In this document: positions 46,944-56,261 of the stretch, piece by piece
Numbering within the stretch: the stretch's first letter is position 1
Layout: every line of letters starts with the position of its first letter
Assembly (NCBI GenBank): GCA_036136335.1
Contig: JAYZQT010000007.1
Coordinates: 21,262 to 85,261 of the forward strand
DNA from: Pseudomonadota bacterium
GTDB taxonomy: Bacteria; Pseudomonadota; Alphaproteobacteria; MPNO01; UBA830
DNA length: 64,000 nucleotides
Reading direction: 5' to 3'
Position numbers and translations under genes: made by a program
Notes under the pieces: generated by a model
The model's database searches: none
What the model saw: only the letters and a program-made list of their open reading frames with translations
What the model was told of the DNA's origin: nothing

Positions 46944-48017
46944 ATGAAAAATTTTCTAAAAGTTCTCTCATCGGTGACCGGGCCGGTTGGGCGAATCCAC
47001 CTCAACAATCCCGGAGCCCTAAATTCGCTTACTGAGAGTATGTGCATTCGCATATACGAACTTTTGAGAGAATGGCAAGACAATGACGAAATCCATATTG
47101 TCGCAGTGACTGCGGAGGGCGATCGGGCATTTTGTGCAGGTGGGGATGTCCGTCAGGTATACAATGAAGGAAAAGATGATCCGTTTGCTGCACGTCGTTT
47201 TTTTAGTACCGAATACAGGATGGATCTCGCAATAGCGGAATTTTCAAAACCCTATATCTGTCTGATTGATGGGATCGTGATGGGCGGTGGCCTTGGTATA
47301 TCAGTTAATGGCCAATACAGGGTCTTGGGCGACGGGGTAATGGCGGCAATGCCGGAAACAGGGATCGGCCTCTTCCCTGATGTGGGCGCCACCGCTTTCC
47401 TAAATTCATGCCCAGGACGGACCGGTTTGTATTTTGGACTCACTGGTACACGGCTAAACACAGCCGATGCTCTCTATGCAGGGTTTGGGACCCACTACAT
47501 AAAATCGAACCGACATACCGAGCTATTAGAAGCGCTTCAATCAGCGGAATATGGCGACCACCCATCTGACACTGTTGAACGAATTCTCCGTGAATTCTCC
47601 AGCACCCCCAATCAATCCGGGATAGCGGCTAAAAAGGGACAGATAGACCAATTATTTGGCGCCGACAGCGTAGAAACGATTATTTCTGACCTCTCAAAAG
47701 ATAACACCGCATTCGCATTGGAAACACTGGAACAACTTGACCGCATGTCGCCCACAAGTTTGCAAATCACAGCGAAGCAGATTACCGACAATCCCGATAT
47801 AAGCGCCAGAGATGCGCTAATTCTGGAATATAGGATGATGGCCCATGTTCTGATGAATCACGACTTTTACGAGGGGATTCGAGCCGCTCTTATTGATAAG
47901 GATCGCACACCTCGATGGAGCCCGAAAAAACTCACCAAAGTTATGCCCGGCGATGTAGACGCCTATTTCGCGTCACTTGGCGAGCACGAGCTGGTCCTGA
48001 ATTCACATCCCAAATAA
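46944..48017 (+). CDS. 3-hydroxyisobutyryl-CoA hydrolase-like crotonase
   Basis: AFCAGGD, GIVMGGG, MPETGIGLFPDVG, DFYEGIRAALIDKD. Confidence 0.9.
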   Translation: MKNFLKVLSSVTGPVGRIHLNNPGALNSLTESMCIRIYELLREWQDNDEIHIVAVTAEGDRAFCAGGDVRQVYNEGKDDPFAARRFFSTEYRMDLAIAEFSKPYICLIDGIVMGGGLGISVNGQYRVLGDGVMAAMPETGIGLFPDVGATAFLNSCPGRTGLYFGLTGTRLNTADALYAGFGTHYIKSNRHTELLEALQSAEYGDHPSDTVERILREFSSTPNQSGIAAKKGQIDQLFGADSVETIISDLSKDNTAFALETLEQLDRMSPTSLQITAKQITDNPDISARDALILEYRMMAHVLMNHDFYEGIRAALIDKDRTPRWSPKKLTKVMPGDVDAYFASLGEHELVLNSHPK

Positions 48018-48041
48018 CAAGAACCGGACAGGAGATTTGTC

Positions 48042-48818
48042 ATGACCTATGAGCACATCCTTACAGAAACCCGCGGTGCGGTCGGCCTTATTACGCTTAA
48101 CCGGCCTGAAGCACTTAACGCCCTCTGTTCGCCACTTATGGACGAATTGAATGAAGTGCTCGATCGATTTGAACTCGATCACAGTATTGGTGCGATGGTC
48201 TTAACAGGCTCGGATAAAGCATTTGCGGCTGGCGCAGATATAAAAGAAATGCAGGACAAAACGTGGACCGAAGCCTACATGGAAGACTTTATTACCGCGG
48301 GTTGGGAACGTCTATCTCGCTGTCGGAAACCGGTTATCGCTGCCGTGAGTGGTTTTGCTCTCGGCGGGGGTTGCGAAGTCGCAATGATGTGCGATTTCAT
48401 CATTGCGGCAGATACTGCAAAGTTCGGGCAACCGGAGGTAAACCTGGGAATACCGCCCGGAGCAGGCGGAACCCAACGCCTGACCCGGTTTGTTGGAAAA
48501 TCAAAGGCGATGGAGATGTGTCTGACAGGACGTTTTATGGACGCGGAAGAAGCGGAACGATCCGGACTGGTGTCCCGGATTGTGCCGGGTGGGGAACTCG
48601 TCGAAGAGGCTGTCAAAACAGCCCAAGCCATCGCCAAGAAATCACTGAAAGCCAATATGATCATCAAGGAAGCGGTAAATCGCGCTTATGAAACCACACT
48701 TTCGGAAGGCGTGCGGTTTGAGCGGCGCATGTTCCATGCCTGTTTTGGTACCGATCACCAAACAGAGGGGATGGCGGCCTTTGTCGAAAAACGCAAACCT
48801 GCATTCAAAAATGGTTAA
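48042..48818 (+). CDS. Enoyl-CoA hydratase
   Basis: [33 protein letters not shown]; AGGAG RBS. Confidence 0.93.
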   Translation: MTYEHILTETRGAVGLITLNRPEALNALCSPLMDELNEVLDRFELDHSIGAMVLTGSDKAFAAGADIKEMQDKTWTEAYMEDFITAGWERLSRCRKPVIAAVSGFALGGGCEVAMMCDFIIAADTAKFGQPEVNLGIPPGAGGTQRLTRFVGKSKAMEMCLTGRFMDAEEAERSGLVSRIVPGGELVEEAVKTAQAIAKKSLKANMIIKEAVNRAYETTLSEGVRFERRMFHACFGTDHQTEGMAAFVEKRKPAFKNG

Positions 48819-48900
48819 ACACGCTGTTATTGAGGTCTCAGCTATCGATATCGTGGTAAAACGGCCTTAAGATCAAAACATGCCCTAACAGGAGGCAAAA

Positions 48901-49884
48901 ATGGATGTGGTGGCCTATGCCGCTTCGGTTGGGCATTCGGTCTGGTTTTCATACGACGTTGGAGAGACCTGGAACCGTGCGCATACCAACACTGGCGGCA
49001 TATACAACGAGTCGCGGTGCTGGAGCCTGTGTACGCACGTAACCCGCCCGGGCGAGGTGTTATCAGGAACTGATTTAGGTGTTTACCGCTGGGATCCGCT
49101 AGCCGCTCGGTGGAATCATATCCCCTCGCCGATGGATGGTTTTCACATCTTACAAATTGAACAACATCCAGAAGATCCGGATTTTATCGTTGCTGGAACG
49201 CGGCCTGCGAGTATCTTTATTTCAGAAGATGGCGGAACAACCTGGTTCAAAGCGCCGATAGGTAACGCCACAGAGTGCGAGTTCATCAATACGCCTAGAG
49301 TTACATCCATTGAGTTTGATCCGGCAGATACAGATACGTTGTGGATCACAATTGAAATTGATGCCGTCTGGCGTTCCAGTGACCGGGGGCGGACGTGGGA
49401 ACGCATTGGAAAAGGACTCCGCACCGATGACACTCATAACATAGTTATAATTGATGACCTTGGGGACCGACGTATTTTGTGCTCAACAGAACTCGGGCTT
49501 CATCGATCGGACGACAACGGCGCATCGTGGTATTTCGTTGATGTGCCAAAGGCACCCTGGCCCTATTTCCGGTGTATGGCGCGGCGCCCTGACAATTCGG
49601 GCGTGTTATTTCTTTCCGTGGGAGACAGACCCTCAGGAGAGACTGGACTGTTGTTTCGGAGCCGCGATTGGGGGGAAACGTGGGAAGATGTATTTTTGCC
49701 CATACCGGTTAATTCAACAATCTGGTGGATAGGTACCAACCCGGCCGACCCCATGCTGATTTTTTGCTGCACCATAATGGGCCAAATTTTCCGTTCCAAA
49801 GACGGCGGGGAGACATGGATGAAAATGTCCCGGGAACTTGGCGAGTTGCGAATGATAACGTGGGCTCCGGCCGGACCTTTGTGA
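48901..49884 (+). CDS. BNR/Asp-box repeat beta-propeller protein, no signal peptide
   Basis: Six S-x-D-x-G-x-T/S-W boxes (SYDVGETW, SEDGGTTW, SSDRGRTW, SDDNGASW, SRDWGETW, SKDGGETW); GGAGG RBS. Confidence 0.85.
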   Translation: MDVVAYAASVGHSVWFSYDVGETWNRAHTNTGGIYNESRCWSLCTHVTRPGEVLSGTDLGVYRWDPLAARWNHIPSPMDGFHILQIEQHPEDPDFIVAGTRPASIFISEDGGTTWFKAPIGNATECEFINTPRVTSIEFDPADTDTLWITIEIDAVWRSSDRGRTWERIGKGLRTDDTHNIVIIDDLGDRRILCSTELGLHRSDDNGASWYFVDVPKAPWPYFRCMARRPDNSGVLFLSVGDRPSGETGLLFRSRDWGETWEDVFLPIPVNSTIWWIGTNPADPMLIFCCTIMGQIFRSKDGGETWMKMSRELGELRMITWAPAGPL

Positions 49885-49916
49885 ACGAGAACCCGAGCAA
49901 GCAATGAAAAGGATGT

Positions 49917-50591
49917 ATGATGACCGACTTTAAAATGCCACAGCACGTCATCGACCGTGTGATGGAGAAACGTGGCCGCCTGAATGTATTCGACTCTTTC
50001 GAGACGCAAAAAACCGCTTTTCTTGTAATTGATATGCAAAATTTTTTCGTTTCGGGTGTGCAGGCCTGCATAGATGCTATCCCGAACATCAACCGGCTAG
50101 CCACGAAAGTCCGGGATAACGGTGGCTTGGTTGTGTGGGTTCTACTAACAGTTGCAGAAACCGAAAATGGACCAAGCCTTTGGCCTATATACCATGACAA
50201 CTTCTTCACCGAGGCGAAGGGAGCCATTCATAAGGCAGGGCTGACACGTGGTACGAAAGGCCACGCACTCCACGCCGACCTGGATCACCGACCGGAAGAT
50301 CTGATTTCAGAGAAAACCCGTTTCAGCGCGCTGGTGCAAGGCTCGTCTGATCTACACGAACAACTACAGACGCGGGGCATTGAAAACCTTCTAATTGGGG
50401 GCACTCTAACAAATATGTGCTGTGAATCCACGGCTCGGGATGCCATGATGATTGGATACCGCGCGATAATGGTAGAAGATTGCAACGCCTCTCGGAATGA
50501 TCAAGACCATATGGCCGGATTAACATCCGTATATCAGAGTTTTGGAGATGTTCGCACTACCAAGGATATTGTTGAAACCGTTCTGATGTAA
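49917..50591 (+). CDS. Isochorismatase-family cysteine hydrolase (RutB-like)
   Basis: VIDMQN, EKTRFSA, TNMCCESTARDA. Confidence 0.88.
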   Translation: MMTDFKMPQHVIDRVMEKRGRLNVFDSFETQKTAFLVIDMQNFFVSGVQACIDAIPNINRLATKVRDNGGLVVWVLLTVAETENGPSLWPIYHDNFFTEAKGAIHKAGLTRGTKGHALHADLDHRPEDLISEKTRFSALVQGSSDLHEQLQTRGIENLLIGGTLTNMCCESTARDAMMIGYRAIMVEDCNASRNDQDHMAGLTSVYQSFGDVRTTKDIVETVLM

Positions 50592-50636
50592 AAGAATGTG
50601 ATGACGGCAGAGGGTAATCTCTGCTGCTATCAAGCG

Positions 50637-51533
50637 TCAGGGGCGACCGACTCTAGAAAAACCACCGAATACGTGGGCAATAGCGCCGCGAACGCTACAC
50701 TCTAAGAAATCTCTTTTAGTAAGATTGATCCTGCGGGCGATCGGATCGTTCTTCCTCAGCAGCATTGACAGTCGGTCCGCAAGCTGAACAATCACAGCCG
50801 ATTCCATTGCAAGGCGGCGGTTTTGCAATATTTCTGGGAGAAGGCGCGCTTTTGACATTAAATCTGAGCAACCATCCAGACATCGGTCAATTGTGCACCT
50901 CAGGCCCGGTGTAGTCACCGGCTTACCCAGATCTTCGATGCTCACATCAAATTCACTCATCCAATCCAGGGGCAGATAGATTCGGTTCAATTCTTGATAG
51001 TCATTTTGCAGGTCCTGTAGGTGGTTCAGCACCTGGAGTACATTGCAGAGTGCGTCAGCACAGCTATAGGCAGAAGTTTTTTCTCCATGGAGGTCTAACA
51101 GAAATCGACCGACAGGCGCGGCTGACAGGCTGCAATACGCCATCAAACCAGTCCAGTCTTCATAACGTTGCTTCGTGGCATCCAGTTTAAAAGCGTGGAT
51201 TAGGTCAACACTGTGCCGAATTTCGACGCCCGTCTCCTGACAACTTCTGACTACGGCGTATGCCTTGGATGCGCCCCGGTCATCTAGGTTCTCGCCGGTC
51301 AATGCCCGCTCGAACCTCTCAAGTTTTGAGAGCTTTTCATCAGGAGTGAGGTCTGCGCTGTCTGCAATATCGTCGGTTGCGCGGGCCAACGCATAGAAGG
51401 TTGCAACATGTGGGCGTAACGACCGTGAAATCAGCAGCGATCCGACCGGGAAATTTTCTTCACGCGATCCCTTGGTTTGAGTGACTTCCAGATCGCGGGA
51501 TGCGCGGTCCTCTACTTCTAGAGATTTAGACAT
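50637..51533 (-). CDS. hpnC: Squalene synthase HpnC (hydroxysqualene synthase)
   Basis: ENFPVGS, DDIAD, YCSLSAAPVGRF, LQVLNHLQD, RIYLP; the ATG at 51533 overlaps the upstream stop. Confidence 0.85.
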   Translation of the reverse strand: MSKSLEVEDRASRDLEVTQTKGSREENFPVGSLLISRSLRPHVATFYALARATDDIADSADLTPDEKLSKLERFERALTGENLDDRGASKAYAVVRSCQETGVEIRHSVDLIHAFKLDATKQRYEDWTGLMAYCSLSAAPVGRFLLDLHGEKTSAYSCADALCNVLQVLNHLQDLQNDYQELNRIYLPLDWMSEFDVSIEDLGKPVTTPGLRCTIDRCLDGCSDLMSKARLLPEILQNRRLAMESAVIVQLADRLSMLLRKNDPIARRINLTKRDFLECSVRGAIAHVFGGFSRVGRP

Positions 51534-52269
51534 TAACCAGACCCCAGACCAGGCGCACCTCCATCGCAGCAATTATGCCCACAATGATCAAATTGAAAGT
51601 CCGGGCGCTAACCTTTCCTGCCATACCCATACCGAGAGGAGTAAACATCAACACCGGAATAATTGCGAGTAAACCCTGAAGAACCCGTTCCTGATCATAA
51701 AGACCGGCAATTCCAACTCCAACTACGTGCGCTGCGGATATTGAAGTGAAAAGTAAGGATGTTGCGAAAACATAGGTTTCCTTAACGAAGCCCCAGGCAT
51801 GACCCCAGGTGGCGATAAATGGCCCGCACATGCCAGTCGCTCCTTGGCAGATCCCCGCACCGCCTGCAATCAGTGGAGAAAAAATACGGGCCAATTGACC
51901 CTGTGGTTCAGTTTTAAGGTTTAACAGCACGGTTAATAGATAGAATGCAATCCACACAGTAAGAACTAAGGTAAGGAACTTTTCATCCAGTGTTGCCAGC
52001 ACCCAGGTGCCCAGCGCCACACCTGCCGCGGCTGAAACGACAGGAAACCAGATCTGGGGAACATCGCGAATTCGCTGCCGCCAAACCCAGACGATCGTAA
52101 AGTTCGCGAACGCGACTGGAATTGTGGTGACTACAATTGCGTGCTCCACTCCGACGAAAACTGCCATAATCGCGATACTGACGGGGGGCAGGCCCAGGCC
52201 GGTCATACCTTTGGAAAAAGAACCGATTGCAAGCGCAACAAAAATTATTATGAGCGATTCCGGCGTCAA
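51526..52269 (-). CDS. TauE/SafE sulfite/organosulfonate exporter family membrane protein
   Basis: KGMTGLG and QGATGMCGP repeats; about 8 TM segments. Confidence 0.85.
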   Translation of the reverse strand: MTPESLIIIFVALAIGSFSKGMTGLGLPPVSIAIMAVFVGVEHAIVVTTIPVAFANFTIVWVWRQRIRDVPQIWFPVVSAAAGVALGTWVLATLDEKFLTLVLTVWIAFYLLTVLLNLKTEPQGQLARIFSPLIAGGAGICQGATGMCGPFIATWGHAWGFVKETYVFATSLLFTSISAAHVVGVGIAGLYDQERVLQGLLAIIPVLMFTPLGMGMAGKVSARTFNLIIVGIIAAMEVRLVWGLVNV

Positions 52270-53021
52270 CCAGAGAACCCTTCCCAGACAAGTTTAATTT
52301 CCATAAGGACAATTACAGCAACGACTGCGCCGTTAAAAACTTTCGGACTTACAGAACCCATCAGCCTCATGCCAAGAAACTGGAAAATGAATAGGGGGAT
52401 TAGTGCAACGCAGCCCTCGGCAAAGCGCTGCAGGGTAAACATTCCAAACAACAGCATAACGGCAATCTGGACCGCATTAAAAAGGCCGAACAGTAGACCA
52501 TTGTAATACACATAGGCTTCCTTTTTGAGACGAAACGCAAAGATCAAAGTCGAAAAGAGAGGACCGGAAACGCCTGACGCCCCTTGTGTAAAGCCACCAA
52601 TCATGCTCGCAATGGGCGTGCCAATACGCCCCATTCTTCCGTCAAGCCGAAAAGAGGGGTTGAGTAACAAAAGTAAAAGAAAAAATGCCACAGCGCCTGC
52701 CAAGAGCAGGATAGTCACGTTATCAGATGCCGTATCCAGAAACCAAACTCCGATAACTGTCATAACAATGGCTGGGAGAATCATGTCGTAACGAACCGGC
52801 GTTCTCCGACCCTCTGAACGATGAGACCAGACTAGCCAAGCATTTGAAACCAGGCCAGGAATCTGCATAACGACGATTGCGTGCTCGGCACCAAGAAACC
52901 CTGCCATAAAGGGGATAGCAACTAGCGGCAGACCCATACCGGTTAAACCTTTTACGAACGCCCCAATAGCAAGTCCGAGTGAGATAACCCCGAGTGAATA
53001 GGGGTCAAGGCCGAATTCCAT
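52266..53021 (-). CDS. TauE/SafE sulfite/organosulfonate exporter family membrane protein
   Basis: KGLTGMGLP and QGASGVSGP; paralogous to the adjacent gene. Confidence 0.85.
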   Translation of the reverse strand: MEFGLDPYSLGVISLGLAIGAFVKGLTGMGLPLVAIPFMAGFLGAEHAIVVMQIPGLVSNAWLVWSHRSEGRRTPVRYDMILPAIVMTVIGVWFLDTASDNVTILLLAGAVAFFLLLLLLNPSFRLDGRMGRIGTPIASMIGGFTQGASGVSGPLFSTLIFAFRLKKEAYVYYNGLLFGLFNAVQIAVMLLFGMFTLQRFAEGCVALIPLFIFQFLGMRLMGSVSPKVFNGAVVAVIVLMEIKLVWEGFSG

Positions 53022-53051
53022 ACAAGTCTTTCCGGGCCAGTCTAGACCTGA

Positions 53052-53990
53052 TCAGTCCGAAAGCCCGTCCGAAACATTCTTGTGTTCGGAATGAAGTTTG
53101 AGACCAGACCCTGCTGCCTGAAGCGACAATAATGCTGCAAAATCCTTATCTGTATATCCGTTACCAACCAGCGACTGAACAATCTCCCTAGCGGCCGCGG
53201 TCACGGGCATCGGCACGCCGGTCGCTCGTGCTGCTGCCAGTCCCAAGTCAAGGTCTTTAAGCAACAGTTTGGGCGTAAAAGTCACCGAATAGTCAAGATT
53301 GACCAATGCGGGAGATTTATATTTCGAAAACATCGAACCCATGACACTGTTATTAAGAAAATCCAGAAAAGCGTGCCGAGGTACTCCCGCTTTTTCGGCC
53401 AGAACTGTAATTTCGACCATGTTCTGAATCACCACACCGAGAAAAACGTTGTGGCAGATTTTTATAAACCGGGATAATTCCCCTTTACCTACGTAGGAGG
53501 AGCCGCGCCCAATAGCATCGAGATAAGGCTTCGCTTCCATGTATGCATCCTCTGGCCCAGAAACGACGAAGGTTAGTTTTCCGGCTTTAACCACCTTGGC
53601 ATTCCCCGAGACAGGCGCCGCGAGCATTGGCACGCCCATATCAGAGGCGGCGACACGCACCTTCGCAGATGCCTCTTCGTCAATAGAGGTTGAATCTATC
53701 AACATAGCGGGTTTTTGCTTCCGAGACAGGACGCCTTCGTCTCCAAGAGTCACCTGCACGAAATCGGACGGCCCGCCAACCATCGTAAACACAATGTCCC
53801 GGTCGGCGAGTTGGGAAGGGTTGTCGACTACCGTTGCTCCAAATTCCATCAGAGGCTCGGCTTTTGATCGTGTGCGGTTCCATACCGCAACATCGGCGCC
53901 TCTTTCCAGCAAACGCTGGGCCATGGCAAAGCCCATGCGTCCGGTCCCAATCCAACCGAGTTTAAACTTTCTTAATACTTGCTCTGCCAT
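53052..53990 (-). CDS. NAD(P)-dependent beta-hydroxyacid dehydrogenase family protein
   Basis: GWIGTGRMG, WNRT, APVSG, catalytic Lys in IKICHN, LLKDLDLGL. Confidence 0.88.
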   Translation of the reverse strand: MAEQVLRKFKLGWIGTGRMGFAMAQRLLERGADVAVWNRTRSKAEPLMEFGATVVDNPSQLADRDIVFTMVGGPSDFVQVTLGDEGVLSRKQKPAMLIDSTSIDEEASAKVRVAASDMGVPMLAAPVSGNAKVVKAGKLTFVVSGPEDAYMEAKPYLDAIGRGSSYVGKGELSRFIKICHNVFLGVVIQNMVEITVLAEKAGVPRHAFLDFLNNSVMGSMFSKYKSPALVNLDYSVTFTPKLLLKDLDLGLAAARATGVPMPVTAAAREIVQSLVGNGYTDKDFAALLSLQAAGSGLKLHSEHKNVSDGLSD

Positions 53991-54043
53991 GTTCTAACCT
54001 TTCGGTAAACATCCTGTCATTGCTGATCTACAGTCGAAAACCT

Positions 54044-55276
54044 CTAGGGTATTATTGATGCCCAGTTTGTCGTTTGGATCACCTCACGTGTCCGGTGGAG
54101 AAATGCCGCGGAATAAGCACCATCAATGGCCCGGTGATCAAAACTCTGTGCCAAAACCCCTAGGGGTCTGATGACTATTGAATCCCCATCTTCACCTTCT
54201 ACTACAACGGTTTTCTTTGCTATCCCATCTACCGACATGATCGCGACCTGCGGCTGATTAATGATTGGGGCAGTGATCAACGTGCCAAACACGCCTGAAT
54301 TGGAAATCGTATAGGTTCCTTCAGTGAAATCGTCGGGCTTCAGTTTGTTGGCACGTGCTCTCTCTGAGAGATCCCTGATCGCACGAGCCAGTTCCGGGAT
54401 TGTCATCCTGTCAGCATCCTTGACAACTGGAGCAACGAGTCCATCAAAATCTAGATCAACAGCGATCCCGATATTAATACGGCGATGAACGGCCAAAGAT
54501 TCACCCTCTATCTTGGAATTTACCCGTGGAAAATCTCGAATTGCAACGCAGACCGCCCGCACTACAAACGGAAGCCAGGTGAGCGAAAAACCTTCTTGGC
54601 GTTTCCATTGAACCGATACCTTTTCACGGGCGTTGGCGACTAGACCAAAATCTACTTCAACTGCCTGGAGGACGTGCGGACTCGCGGCCTTCGACCGAAG
54701 CATGTGATCAGCCGTTTTTTTTCTGAGACTACTGAACGGGATTGTGTCGGTATCACCCGGATGATCAGATAACGCCTGTTTCAGTTCCTTTGACACGCCA
54801 GTATTCATATAGTCCAGAACATCTTTCTTCTTAATCCGGCCACTGGCGCCACTTCCTGTAATCAGCTCTGGATCTAGTTTGTTTTCGGCTATTAAACGCT
54901 GGACTACAGGCGACAATCGATTGCCCTTCACACCATTATTGGCAATTCCAGCGCGGGTCACCCGGACCTCCGCAGACAGTTCAGCATTGGTATTGCTGGT
55001 ATCGGGAGGTGCGGGCGCGGCCGTGTGTGGCGCTTCATCTTCCCCACCAATTATCGCAACCACCTCGCCCACCCCTACCGTGGTACCGGCCTCCACCACG
55101 ATGTCGAGCAGGGTTCCCTCCGCCGGCGCCGGCACCTCCATCTCAACCTTGTCAGACGACACATCAAACAACGGGTCTTTGGTGGAGACCCGATCGCCAA
55201 TCTTCCGATGCCACGCCGAGACAGTCCCTTCCGAAACAGTTTCGCCCAGCTGGGGCATGATTACATTCATTACCAT
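54044..55276 (-). CDS. 2-oxoacid dehydrogenase E2 (dihydrolipoamide acyltransferase)
   Basis: Lipoyl domain SDKV, subunit-binding domain GSGASGRI..KDV, catalytic FDHRAIDG. Confidence 0.93.
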   Translation of the reverse strand: MVMNVIMPQLGETVSEGTVSAWHRKIGDRVSTKDPLFDVSSDKVEMEVPAPAEGTLLDIVVEAGTTVGVGEVVAIIGGEDEAPHTAAPAPPDTSNTNAELSAEVRVTRAGIANNGVKGNRLSPVVQRLIAENKLDPELITGSGASGRIKKKDVLDYMNTGVSKELKQALSDHPGDTDTIPFSSLRKKTADHMLRSKAASPHVLQAVEVDFGLVANAREKVSVQWKRQEGFSLTWLPFVVRAVCVAIRDFPRVNSKIEGESLAVHRRINIGIAVDLDFDGLVAPVVKDADRMTIPELARAIRDLSERARANKLKPDDFTEGTYTISNSGVFGTLITAPIINQPQVAIMSVDGIAKKTVVVEGEDGDSIVIRPLGVLAQSFDHRAIDGAYSAAFLHRTREVIQTTNWASIIP

Positions 55277-55283
55277 TGCCAGC

Positions 55284-56261
55284 TCAATCTATCCGTTCGA
55301 CAATTTCACGCACGATGCGTATAGCCGATGGGATGGTTGCGTCTTCAAGCGTGTCGGCAGCCGGGAGAGGGATATGGGGTGTGGTAATCCGAACCACCGG
55401 TCCATCCAAATCCCAGAAAATCTCGTCAGCAACAATCGATGCGATTTCGGCACCCCAGCCACATAAACGCGGGTTCTCTTCAACCGTAACAAGGCGCCCA
55501 GTTTTCACGGTTTCAGTGAGTATTGTCTGGGTATCAAGCGGTACGAGGGAGCGTACATCGACGACAGTCGCCTCAATACCATGTTCCGCCGAGAGTGTCT
55601 CCGCAGCTTCAAGAGCACGCGGGACCATCGCCGCTAACGCGCAGATTGTTAAATCGATCCCATCACGCAAGACCTTCGCCGTCCCGAGTTTGTCGACAAA
55701 TTCGCCGTCCGGAACGGTTCCCTTTATCGGGTAAAGCGATTTCTGTTCAAAAAACACCACCGGATCGGGATCCCGGATCGCCGCGGCCAGCAACCCTTTT
55801 ACATCTGCAGGTGTGGACGGTGCTATCACTTTCAGTCCCGGCACCATCATCGCCCAGTTTTCAACAGACTGCGAATGTTGCGCGCCAAATCGCGACCCGC
55901 CGCCATTTGCAGTTCGGATTACCAGGGGCATGCTCATCTGCCCACCAGTCATATAACGGGCCTTCGCAATTTCATTTGCAACAAGGTCCCAGCACACAGC
56001 CAGAAAATCCGAAAACATTATCTCTGCGATAGGCCGAAGTCCCGTCATTGCGGAACCCATCGCAGCGCCAAGGATTGCCTGTTCAGAAATGGGGGTGTCT
56101 CTTACCCGGAGCGGCCCAAATTCTTTAAATAACCCCACTGTCGCCTTGAACACCCCTCCGGCTGCGCCGATATCTTCCCCCAGAAAAACCACGTCTTTAT
56201 CGCGCCGCATTTCCTGTGCGATTCCAGCTGCCACGGCCTCCCGATATGTCAGTTCCGCCAC
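55284..56261 (-). CDS. 2-oxoacid/acetoin dehydrogenase E1 beta subunit
   Basis: GEDIG..GGVF, DTPISE, AQHSQS, DPDPVVFFE; GTG start overlapping the end of E1 alpha. Confidence 0.93.
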   Translation of the reverse strand: MAELTYREAVAAGIAQEMRRDKDVVFLGEDIGAAGGVFKATVGLFKEFGPLRVRDTPISEQAILGAAMGSAMTGLRPIAEIMFSDFLAVCWDLVANEIAKARYMTGGQMSMPLVIRTANGGGSRFGAQHSQSVENWAMMVPGLKVIAPSTPADVKGLLAAAIRDPDPVVFFEQKSLYPIKGTVPDGEFVDKLGTAKVLRDGIDLTICALAAMVPRALEAAETLSAEHGIEATVVDVRSLVPLDTQTILTETVKTGRLVTVEENPRLCGWGAEIASIVADEIFWDLDGPVVRITTPHIPLPAADTLEDATIPSAIRIVREIVERID

